Source: Candidatus Nanopelagicales bacterium
Lineage (GTDB): Bacteria > Actinomycetota > Actinomycetes > S36-B12 > GCA-2699445
Assembly (NCBI GenBank): GCA_030700225.1
Contig: JAUYJT010000056.1
Coordinates: 663 to 64,662, forward strand
Length of the DNA stretch: 64,000 nt
Direction of reading: 5' to 3'
Below the pieces are notes generated by a model. That model was not told where the DNA came from. It ran no database searches and saw only the letters and a program-made list of their open reading frames with translations. Every line of letters begins with the position of its first letter. Within the stretch, counting starts at the first letter, position 1. Positions 19,293-26,898 of the stretch are shown here, one piece after another. Both the position numbers and the translations under genes were made by a program.

Positions 19293-19346
19293 GCCTTGAG
19301 TCCGAGCGAATGGAAGACCCGAGCATAGCAACGCTTGTACGCGGCC

Positions 19347-20252
19347 TCACTCGGCCTCGAGTGCTGCGCGCGCTGCCTTCAAGGCGATGCGCTCATCCGC
19401 GCTCACCTCGGGGTAGCGCAGACCCATCCCGGTGACGGTTGTGCTGACGATGTCGGCCACCAGTGCGCGCATAGCCCATTTGCGGTCCGCCGGGATAACC
19501 CACCAGGGGGCCCGATCGGTCGATGTCTCCTGGATCATCTCTTCGAACGCCACCTGGTACGCGTCCCAGAAGCCCCGCTCTTTGACATCCGCGGATGAGA
19601 ACTTCCAGTTCTTGTCCGCGTGATCGAGTCGTTCGAGGAACCGCTTCCGCTGCTCTTCCTTTGACAGGTGCAGGAAGAACTTCAGTACAACTGTTCCGTT
19701 GCGGTCCAGATGCCGTTCGAAAGCGTTGATGTCCTCGTAGCGCGCCCGCCAGAAGCCCTGGTCCCGCGGTCCAGGCGGCAGTTTCTGCGACTGGAGGATC
19801 TCTGGATGGACCCGCGTGATCAGGACTTCCTCGTAGTGGGACCGGTTGAAGATCCCGATCCGGCCGCGTTCGGGTAGGGCCTTGGCCGCGCGCCAGAGGT
19901 AGTCATGGTCCAGTTCCTCAGCGCTCGGCTGCTTGAAGGACGTGACGCTGCATCCTTGAGGGTTGACGCCGCTCATTACGTGCTTGATGGTCCCGTCCTT
20001 GCCCGCGGCGTCCATCGCCTGGAACACCAGCAGCAGCGCGAACCTGTCATCGGCGTACAGGATGTCCTGAGCCGCTTCTAGCTCCGCTTTGCTCGCGGCC
20101 AGAATCTGTTCGCCCGAAGCCCGCCGCTCGTCTTTAGGCATAGCCTCCAACTGATCCGGCAGCCACTTAGTGTCGAAGGCACTCAGCCGGAACCCGCGGC
20201 TTTCCTTGTGGTCGATGCGCAATCTCTCCAGGGTGTCCCGGCTCAGCGCCAT
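19347..20252 (-). CDS. Polyphosphate kinase 2 family protein
   Basis: PPK2 P-loop region [16 protein letters not shown]. Single-domain length of 301 aa. Confidence 0.85.
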   Translation of the reverse strand: MALSRDTLERLRIDHKESRGFRLSAFDTKWLPDQLEAMPKDERRASGEQILAASKAELEAAQDILYADDRFALLLVFQAMDAAGKDGTIKHVMSGVNPQGCSVTSFKQPSAEELDHDYLWRAAKALPERGRIGIFNRSHYEEVLITRVHPEILQSQKLPPGPRDQGFWRARYEDINAFERHLDRNGTVVLKFFLHLSKEEQRKRFLERLDHADKNWKFSSADVKERGFWDAYQVAFEEMIQETSTDRAPWWVIPADRKWAMRALVADIVSTTVTGMGLRYPEVSADERIALKAARAALEAE

Positions 20253-20531
20253 CTTGTCCCTCTCCTCCGACAGTCGATCGGTTCAAGGCATGCTCGCACG
20301 TCTGGGGGCGGGCCGCGCGTTAGCCTGAGCCCCCGCCGGGCCGCCGTCATTCGCCCCTGCGGAGGCCCAGATGGTGCGAAGCCTCTGATGATCAAGCTCG
20401 TCAGCGAGCTTCCCTTCCTGGGTGATCGTCGACCCCCATGATCAGCAGAGGATTTGCATCATCTAGCTGCCTTGAGCCTGAGCTCGCCGACCGATCACAC
20501 CCGTCTGTGGATTCAGGATTAGCCTGGCTGG

Positions 20532-21131
20532 GTGTACCAGGAAGTCTGGCAACAGCGATACTCCGAGCCCGGGCGCGTCTGGTCCCGGACGCCGAACCGG
20601 TGGCTCATCGACCTCGCCAACACGATGCGTCCAGGATCCGCGCTCGACCTGGCCTGCGGCGAAGGCGCGGATGCGATCTGGCTGGCACTCAACGGCTGGC
20701 AGGTGACCGCTGTGGACTTCGCCCCGGCCGCTATCGAAAGGGCAGCCGCTACGGCAGCGGAGGCGGGCGTCGGTGATCGGATGACCTGGGTTTCGGCAGA
20801 CGTTGACTCCTGGGAGCCCGGCCGCACGTTCGATCTAGTCAGCGTTCAGTTCCTGCACAGCCCCGCTGAGTGCAGGCGCCGCATCCACCGCAAGGCGTGG
20901 CAGGCGACAGCTCGGGCGCTCATCGTCGTCGGTCACGATCCCCGGAACGAGGCCGAGGGTCATTGCGGGCCATCCGATCCTGCGTTGCTCTACGACGCGG
21001 CGGACGTGCTCGCGAGCTTGGGCCTGTCGGAGTCCAGCCCGGAAGTCAAGGTAGCGGAATGCCGCGTCCGGAGCCCCGGGGATCCAGAGCAGATCGCGTT
21101 CGACAGCGTCGTTGTCGTGCGCCGGCTTTGA
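20532..21131 (+). CDS. Class I SAM-dependent methyltransferase
   Basis: SAM-binding motif ALDLACGEGADAIWLA. GTG start uncertain. Confidence 0.7.
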   Translation: MYQEVWQQRYSEPGRVWSRTPNRWLIDLANTMRPGSALDLACGEGADAIWLALNGWQVTAVDFAPAAIERAAATAAEAGVGDRMTWVSADVDSWEPGRTFDLVSVQFLHSPAECRRRIHRKAWQATARALIVVGHDPRNEAEGHCGPSDPALLYDAADVLASLGLSESSPEVKVAECRVRSPGDPEQIAFDSVVVVRRL

Positions 21132-21148
21132 GGATCGACGCCCGCTCA

Positions 21149-21312
21149 AACGTTGAAGCGGAACGATCGCGTGGGGTTTCGGCTGTCGTTGGTCACCGCT
21201 GGGTGATGCCGGAGAACATGGCTTGACCTGCGGAAACGCGTTCACGGGAGCTCGGGCGTCGTCGACGATCGTCGGTCTCGGCTGGACTTCTTGCGGACTA
21301 TTTGCGGACCGC
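21149..21312 (+). repeat. Direct repeat R1: ychF-tail mimic plus ~150-bp arm
   Basis: On the minus strand 21146-21163 reads TTC CGC TTC AAC GTT TGA (FRFNV-stop), the same as the ychF end. The rest aligns by eye along its length with 22995-23156 and ends in TCGGCTGGACTTCTTGCGGACTATTTGCGGACCGC. Confidence 0.8.
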
Positions 21313-21432
21313 AGGATGTCCGGAGCCCCTTCCGCATCTGGTCGAACTCGGCCGCCATGCGTCGACCTCAGAGCCCGAATCTGCGGGCAAACACTCGTAG
21401 CCGGGGCGACAGGGGATCCGCATCGCGACGAT

Positions 21433-21930
21433 TCACAGCTGCGCGCCGTCGAACCTCTCGAAGAACCACCCCGCCTGGTCCGGGACGATCTCCGCCAACT
21501 CGTCGGAGACGTCAAGGTCGTACGCGGCAGCGATCTCACCCACCTGGACGCCAACGAGGGCCCGGAGGCGACCAAGAGCCATTGAGAGCGGATCTGTTCC
21601 CATCGGCCGATAGTGGCGGTCCCAGTCGTCGCCTGCGGAACCCACCTGGTCCATGAACTCGCGGAAGAGACGCTGCAGCAGCTGAACCCGTTGAATCATG
21701 TCCGGGCCAATCTCTGGGTTGTCGAGGTGCACGCCCAGCTGCTTGCGTACGTGATCCGCCGACTGCACGCAATGCTCCTCGATCTCCATCGAGAAGTCCT
21801 TCCAAAGCATGCGTCGGTCGGCCAGCAGGTTGAGCGCCCGTCGCGCAATCTCACGGTCGTCGTCCTTCCGCTCCCATTGCGCTCCGCCGAAGGGTCCAAC
21901 CGATCCGCCGGTGACTCGATATCTGGTCAC
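21433..21930 (-). CDS. Hypothetical protein, second gene of the Ymh-like operon
   Basis: 165 aa from GTG 21930, which overlaps the upstream TGA as GTGA. Predicted helical and acidic; no family recognised. Confidence 0.6.
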   Translation of the reverse strand: MTRYRVTGGSVGPFGGAQWERKDDDREIARRALNLLADRRMLWKDFSMEIEEHCVQSADHVRKQLGVHLDNPEIGPDMIQRVQLLQRLFREFMDQVGSAGDDWDRHYRPMGTDPLSMALGRLRALVGVQVGEIAAAYDLDVSDELAEIVPDQAGWFFERFDGAQL

Positions 21931-22718
21931 AAGCTGACTTCCTCGACGTCGGCCTGGTCTACCCATCGAGCCAACAGGCTGAACGCGGCCAGCTGCTCAA
22001 GAGCCAGTTGCTCCTCGCCACCCGCGCTCTCCTGTGGCTTGTGCATACCGGGGTTCCGAATCGCGGTGTAGAGCCCGTCCGCGAAAGCGCGGGCTCCCCG
22101 ATGGAGATTCTGGTAGGTCTTGCCGCCGTCATCCTCCGCCAGGCGAAGACGAGGTGCTCCTTCCTTAGGCTCGTCAAGCGAGAACGCCTCGTTGAACAAC
22201 GCCGTCTCCGACACGTCCATCCGCCCCAACTTGGCCTGCGTCTCCGCATTGATCCGGATCGCCGCCTGCATGACTGCCTGGTGGCAGTGGCCGGTGTTCC
22301 AGTACGACCTTCCGTTCTCCCACGACCACGGGTGGAGATTGGCAGCGTCCATGTCAGGTGCGTTGTCGCCCAACTTCTCAGCCAACTCCCCCTGACGCTG
22401 GAGCGCAGCCTTGGCACGGGAGGCCTGGTCTCGGAGCCAGTCGAAATCCTCGTCCTTCTTCGGACGCTCGCGCGACCAACCGGGAAGCACGCGGTCGAGA
22501 ATCTGCTCCACAACATGCGCGCGTTGCGACGCCTCGGTTGCCGGGCCACGCATGACGGTTCCGAAGTAGGCGATGCCCGGTCCCATGTCAGGGACGACCT
22601 GTGCCGTCACGCCCAGGAACGCGTCGATCTCACTGATTGCCCACTCGGGATCCAACTTCGCCACGGAGACATCTTGCCGCGATGCGCCGACCGAACGAGT
22701 GTCGGAGGCGCGTGTCAC
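21927..22718 (-). CDS. Protein with a C-terminal TIGR02391/Hypoth_Ymh-like domain
   Basis: C-terminal ~130 aa (LHPWSWENGRSYWNTGHCHQAVMQAAIRINAE ... LHRGARAFADGLYTAIRNPGMH ... EQLAAFSLLARWVD) fit the Ymh pattern as I remember it. N-terminal ~115 aa unassigned. Start uncertain (GTG 22718 or 22664). Confidence 0.65.
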   Translation of the reverse strand: MTRASDTRSVGASRQDVSVAKLDPEWAISEIDAFLGVTAQVVPDMGPGIAYFGTVMRGPATEASQRAHVVEQILDRVLPGWSRERPKKDEDFDWLRDQASRAKAALQRQGELAEKLGDNAPDMDAANLHPWSWENGRSYWNTGHCHQAVMQAAIRINAETQAKLGRMDVSETALFNEAFSLDEPKEGAPRLRLAEDDGGKTYQNLHRGARAFADGLYTAIRNPGMHKPQESAGGEEQLALEQLAAFSLLARWVDQADVEEVSL

Positions 22719-22727
22719 GCTCTCTGC

Positions 22728-22973
22728 ATGAGTAACCGTCGCAAGCCGAAGCGCCGCAACCCCGACCCGGCCTCACGCCGCGCCGAGGCGGAAGCTCTTG
22801 TCGACAAGATCCTTCATGACACGCCGGAAGGTCGAGTAGACCCGGCAATCTCAGAGAACCTGCGGCAACATCTTGCGCGGAACCCCGGCCAGCCCGACCG
22901 CGCTCTGCTCAATCACTTCAAGGACCAGATTCCCGACTTCGACGCGGCGTTCCCGGAGGACCTGGAGAAGTAG
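22728..22973 (+). CDS. Small hypothetical protein with a basic N-terminus (81 aa)
   Basis: ATG-initiated ORF MSNRRKPKRRNPDPASRR..., divergent from the Ymh-like gene. A weak hairpin follows at 22977-22994. No homology recognised. Confidence 0.3.
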   Translation: MSNRRKPKRRNPDPASRRAEAEALVDKILHDTPEGRVDPAISENLRQHLARNPGQPDRALLNHFKDQIPDFDAAFPEDLEK

Positions 22974-22994
22974 CAGGGCGGGGCTCTCACGCCC

Positions 22995-23156
22995 CATTGA
23001 AACGGAACGACCACGCGGGATTTGGCCGTTGGTGGTCATCCTGGGTCGATGCCGAAGAGTGCCGCTTGTCCCGCAGCAACGCACTCTCCGGTCCGTTGAG
23101 CGTCGTTGGCGCCCTTCAGGCTCGGCTGGACTTCTCGCGGACTGCTTGCGGACCGC
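22995..23156 (+). repeat. Direct repeat R2: degenerate ychF-tail mimic plus ~150-bp arm
   Basis: Minus-strand 22987-23007 reads FRFNGA-stop. The arm aligns with R1 and ends in TCGGCTGGACTTCTCGCGGACTGCTTGCGGACCGC. Confidence 0.8.
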
Positions 23157-23162
23157 TGGCAA

Positions 23163-23942
23163 TCAGTCATCGGCTTCCAACTCAAGGATGGCGTTGGCGA
23201 CCTCGGACGGGAAGAGCGTCGACCAGATGATCTCGCCCGAGCCAGGGTTCATCTCAGCGAGTGGCGACGGTTCGGGCTGCCAGTCCTCGGGTGTCACACC
23301 CGGGACACAGTCGAGGAGCAGCGCGAAAATCTGCGGATCGGGAACTCCCTCGGCGATGATCGCGAGGTAGGCCTCATGGCCGTTCTCTGCTCGCACAAGA
23401 GCCTTGATCCGATGGCTGCGGAACTCGGCGACGGCGAGGTGGCCGTTCTTCAAGGACATCGAGACAAGGCGGATGACCATCCGCTTCATCTCACGCCGCC
23501 AAGCAACGGCCTGTTCCGCTGCGAGGCGCTTCCAGTCCCAATCGGCCGGAAGAAGGTGATCTGAGGAGACGGTCTTCCCCGTCGTGCACTCTCGCTGCAG
23601 GGTGGCGTAGAAATCGCGCTGAGGGCTGTCCGCTTGGCGTCGACCAGCCGCTCCGATCCACCACGCCCCTCGGCTCGGGCGCACCCAGTCCGGGAGTTCC
23701 TCGCCGCGAAGCTCTGTGACGGCGGCGCGATGGTCACTGGTCTTGACCTTGAACCAGACGCGGTCGGCGAGCGCAACGACGCGCTCTGCGCCACCGGCAT
23801 CCCGCTGCTCTGGAACGCTCTGAGCGTTAGCCACGACCGGGTGATCGATCTCTTCCAACCGGATCCCGAGGTCCGGCAGACCAGCCGCAAGGTCACCGAG
23901 GCAGCGCTTCGTCGGACGCACGCCGATCGGTTCCGAGACCAT
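23163..23942 (-). CDS. Hypothetical 259-aa protein downstream of an RHH gene (candidate toxin/effector)
   Basis: Clean ORF 47 nt downstream of the RHH gene. The segment RVWFKVKTSDHRAAV...AWWIGAAGRRQADSPQRDFY loosely resembles the RelE/ParE beta-sheet pattern. C-terminal ~140 aa unassigned. Confidence 0.6.
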   Translation of the reverse strand: MVSEPIGVRPTKRCLGDLAAGLPDLGIRLEEIDHPVVANAQSVPEQRDAGGAERVVALADRVWFKVKTSDHRAAVTELRGEELPDWVRPSRGAWWIGAAGRRQADSPQRDFYATLQRECTTGKTVSSDHLLPADWDWKRLAAEQAVAWRREMKRMVIRLVSMSLKNGHLAVAEFRSHRIKALVRAENGHEAYLAIIAEGVPDPQIFALLLDCVPGVTPEDWQPEPSPLAEMNPGSGEIIWSTLFPSEVANAILELEADD

Positions 23943-23989
23943 GGCGCGAATCTAGCGGCCAGGTCCGACGGTCAGCGGGCCGTCATGGG

Positions 23990-24250
23990 CTACTTCGGCA
24001 GCCCGCCGAGGTCATCGAGCTCTTCGGCGCTGAGGCCGGTCATAAGCGACACAGCAGCAGCTTCGGTGCCTTTGAGCTGACCGAGCGCAGCCTTGACGCC
24101 AGCGTTGATCTCATCGCGGTGTGCGTCGATGTACTCGCGCACGGCGGCATCGACGATGTCCTTCTTCGAGCGGGACATGAAGTGAGCTGCGTGCGACACA
24201 AGCTCGTCAGTCGCGGCGTCGACCTTGATCGGCGCAGTAGCGGTAGCCAT
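23990..24250 (-). CDS. Ribbon-helix-helix (CopG/ParD-like) DNA-binding protein, antitoxin-like
   Basis: 86 aa from ATG 24250, preceded by AAGGAGGG. The N-terminus PIKVDAATDELVSHAAHFMSRSKKDIVDAAVREYI fits the beta-alpha-alpha RHH pattern. Confidence 0.65.
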   Translation of the reverse strand: MATATAPIKVDAATDELVSHAAHFMSRSKKDIVDAAVREYIDAHRDEINAGVKAALGQLKGTEAAAVSLMTGLSAEELDDLGGLPK

Positions 24251-24269
24251 AGCGCTGCCCTCCTTCTCG

Positions 24270-24283
24270 GGTACCAAAGTACC
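24270..24283. promoter_or_regulatory. Palindrome GGTACCAAAGTACC upstream of the RHH gene (candidate operator)
   Basis: Perfect 5+5 inverted repeat with a 4-nt spacer, 20-33 nt upstream of the RHH start on the minus strand. Confidence 0.35.
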
Positions 24284-24313
24284 AGTATCTACCGTCATGG
24301 CAAATCCGCGTGG

Positions 24314-25381
24314 ATGGTTATGCGTCCGGCCGCACGTCGCCGATCCGCCTGTGGGCGCCAGTGCACGCCGATAACCTCAGAGGCACCATGGGTTACCGGG
24401 GACGACGACGCCAACCGCCTTGCCGCCCAAGCGCGCGCCCGCGTGCTCATCGACCGGCAGCTCGCCGAGGCGGGCTGGTCGGCGCAGGACCTTAAGTACG
24501 TCGTCCTGTTCCGCCCGATCGGCTCGATGGTCGAGTTCAAGCAGATCGTCGGGCGAGGGTCACGTCTCTACCCCGAGAACGACAAGTACTCCTTCGAGAT
24601 CGTGGACTACGTCGGCGCTTCGGTCCTTTTCTCCGATCCAGGCTTCGACGGTGAGCCGGTGCGCATACGGACCGAGCGCATCGACGAGTCCGGCGAGATC
24701 GTCGAAGACGAACTCGGGGACGTTGCCCCCGAGATGCCGTCGCTTGGCGAACCCGAGCCCCCCTTCGACCGAACCCAGTCCGAAGGAGAGCTCGAACAGC
24801 CGTCGGCGAGGAAGCATTACGTCGACGGCACAGAGGTCACTGTGACTGCCGAGGCGTACTACGTCGCTGACACGAGTACCGGCGCTCTCCGCCTCGTGGA
24901 ATACACGGACTACCTGGCCGGCCAGGTGCGCGTGCTGTGTCCGACCATCGATGACCTTCGCGCACGCTGGGCCGATCCTCAGCTACGTGCGGTCTTGGAG
25001 GAGGGCCTCGCCTCGCGCGGCGTGTCCATCGAAGAGATGTCGAGGCGCCTCGAACTTGCGCCCGACACGGACCCCTTCGACGTCCTCGCACACGCCGCCT
25101 GGAACGTTCCTCAACGGACGAGGGCGGAACGCGCTCGGCTGGTGCGCGAAGACCACGCGAGCGACCTCAAGGCGCTGGTGCCGACCGCGCGCGAGATCAT
25201 CTCCGCCCTCCTCGACCGCTACGAGGAGTACGGCGTCGAGGAGATGACCCACATCTACGCCTTCCAGGTGCCGCCGCTGAGCAACTTCGGCTCACCCGTC
25301 GAAGCGGCACAACACTTCGGCGGCGCTGAAGGCTGGCGCCAAGCCGTCAGCGAGCTCCAAGGTTGGCTGTACTCAGCGTGA
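24314..25381 (+). pseudogene. hsdR: Type I restriction enzyme R subunit remnant (in-frame internal deletion)
   Basis: HsdR-like N-terminal motif ARARVLIDRQLAEAGW is joined directly to helicase motif VI (FKQIVGRGSRL) and an EcoEI_R_C-like C-terminus (DPFDVLAHAAWNVPQRTRAERA). Nuclease and DEAD-box motifs I-V are absent. Confidence 0.7.
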
Positions 25382-25435
25382 GTTTTATTTTAGCGACGGC
25401 CGACTGCATAGAACTAAAGTCTAGATTGAGTTCGA

Positions 25436-26047
25436 ATGCGCTATGCTTGGCCCATGGCCGGCACTCGACAGGATCTGCGGCTGGCGCTCCAACGCCTTGC
25501 CTTCAGCCAGGCTGGCTACTTCACCGCCGCCGAGGCTCTCGACCTCGGGTACAGCTATCAGGCACAGAAGTACCACGCCGATAGTGGCAACTGGCTGCGA
25601 GTCGACCGTGGTCTGTTCCGACTTCCCGACTGGCCCTCCGCTCCCGAGGACCAGTGGGTGCGCTGGACCCTATGGAGCGAGGGCCGTGGCGTCGTGTCCC
25701 ACGACTCGGCCGCGCTCGTCCACGACCTCGGCGAGCTCGATCCCCGCCACGTGCACCTGTCCGTTCCCCCCGGATTCCGGGCCGTGGATCCGGCGGTGGT
25801 CACGCATGTGTACGATCTGCCTGCCGCGGACGTTCTCGACCGCGGCGCCTGGCGGGTGACTACGCCGCTGCGCACACTGCTCGATCTCGCGGGTGGCGAC
25901 ACCACGCAGGAGCAACTCGAGGCTGCGGTCGCCGCCACGCTGGAGCGGGGCCTGACGACCGCGCGCCGGATCCGCACTCGCTCGGACGAGGCCGGAGACC
26001 GGGCGGCGCTCCGCATCGAGCGGGCGCTCAAGGCAACGACGACATGA
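25436..26047 (+). CDS. Type IV toxin-antitoxin system AbiEi family antitoxin
   Basis: 203 aa with an AbiEi-like wHTH N-terminus (LAFSQAGYFTAAEALDLGYS) and an ATGA overlap with the downstream nucleotidyltransferase. Preceded by the only low-GC patch in this region (25381-25435). Confidence 0.75.
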   Translation: MRYAWPMAGTRQDLRLALQRLAFSQAGYFTAAEALDLGYSYQAQKYHADSGNWLRVDRGLFRLPDWPSAPEDQWVRWTLWSEGRGVVSHDSAALVHDLGELDPRHVHLSVPPGFRAVDPAVVTHVYDLPAADVLDRGAWRVTTPLRTLLDLAGGDTTQEQLEAAVAATLERGLTTARRIRTRSDEAGDRAALRIERALKATTT

Positions 26048-26898
26048 CCGACAACCAGGCGCTCAGAACCAGCATCGAGCAACGGCTCGCCAATCTGGCG
26101 GCCGAGCGACAAGTCTCGCTCGATCGGTTGCGCCGCCACTTCGTTTTCCAGCGGATCCTGGTTCGACTGTCCGCGGACGACAACTGGGTACTCAAAGGCG
26201 GCTTCGCCCTCGAGGTCAGGCTCGGCCTCGACGCCCGGGCGACCAAGGATCTGGATCTGGCCATGCTGGAGGACCTCGACGGCGTCGAGGCGCAGGATCG
26301 TCTGCTCGATGCTCTCGACGTCGACGCCGGTGACGGATTGACCTTCCAGGTGTCCGCACCGCGAGCGATCGCCTCGGACGATGCCGGAAACCCCGGCTGG
26401 AGGTTCACCGTCACATCGGTCCTAGGCGGCAAGGTCTTCGCATCGCTGCGCCTCGACGTCGTCGCGCGGAGCGCGGAGATCGTCGGCGCCATCGGCACCA
26501 TCGAGGTACGCCCGCCGATCCTCGCGGAACTCCTGAGCAGCACCGCGATGCCGACGGTGGACATCGCCCAGCACGCCGCGGAGAAGTTCCACGCGATGGC
26601 CCGGACGTACGCCGGAGATCGACCCAGCAGCCGCGTCAAGGACTTGGTCGACGTCGTACTCCTCGTGGAAGCGGGGCTGCTGCCGAATCCGGACCTGCCC
26701 GGTCGGCTTCAAACGGTCTGGCAGGTGCGGGACGGCGTGCCGCCACCGGCACAGCTCCCCGATTTCCCGGCGTCGTGGCCCAGCGACTTCGCCGCAATGG
26801 CCGCTGAACTCGATCTGGCCGTCGACTACCCCACCGCCCGCTCCACCGCCGAACGACTCTTCGCCGAGGCGGTCACCACCGAGGAGAACCAATCGTGA
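26044..26898 (+). CDS. AbiEii/AbiGii nucleotidyltransferase toxin (DUF1814)
   Basis: VLKGGFALEVRLGLDARATKDLDL nucleotidyltransferase motif. 284 aa. Its stop overlaps the hsdM GTG as GTGA. Confidence 0.8.
   Translation: MTDNQALRTSIEQRLANLAAERQVSLDRLRRHFVFQRILVRLSADDNWVLKGGFALEVRLGLDARATKDLDLAMLEDLDGVEAQDRLLDALDVDAGDGLTFQVSAPRAIASDDAGNPGWRFTVTSVLGGKVFASLRLDVVARSAEIVGAIGTIEVRPPILAELLSSTAMPTVDIAQHAAEKFHAMARTYAGDRPSSRVKDLVDVVLLVEAGLLPNPDLPGRLQTVWQVRDGVPPPAQLPDFPASWPSDFAAMAAELDLAVDYPTARSTAERLFAEAVTTEENQS

Noticed and set aside
20253-20531. Searched the ppk2/methyltransferase intergenic region and both island borders for a tRNA or tmRNA integration target
   Set aside because: I found no cloverleaf-compatible sequence or GGTTCGAATCC-type T-arm. 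The only notable element is an AAGCTCG-TCAG-CGAGCTT hairpin (~20390-20407) of unclear role. The island target appears to be the ychF tail instead.
20835-21575. 246-aa minus-strand ORF spanning the methyltransferase 3-prime end and repeat R1
   Set aside because: It is Arg/Ser/Pro-rich, overlaps a motif-bearing gene in antisense, and runs through the non-coding repeat arm.
22008-22727. N-terminal 240 codons of the 321-aa + strand ORF 22008..22973
   Set aside because: It is antisense to the Ymh-like gene and has low-complexity Arg/Leu/Val composition. Only the last 81 codons (22728-22973), outside the overlap, were kept, and those only as a low-confidence ORF.
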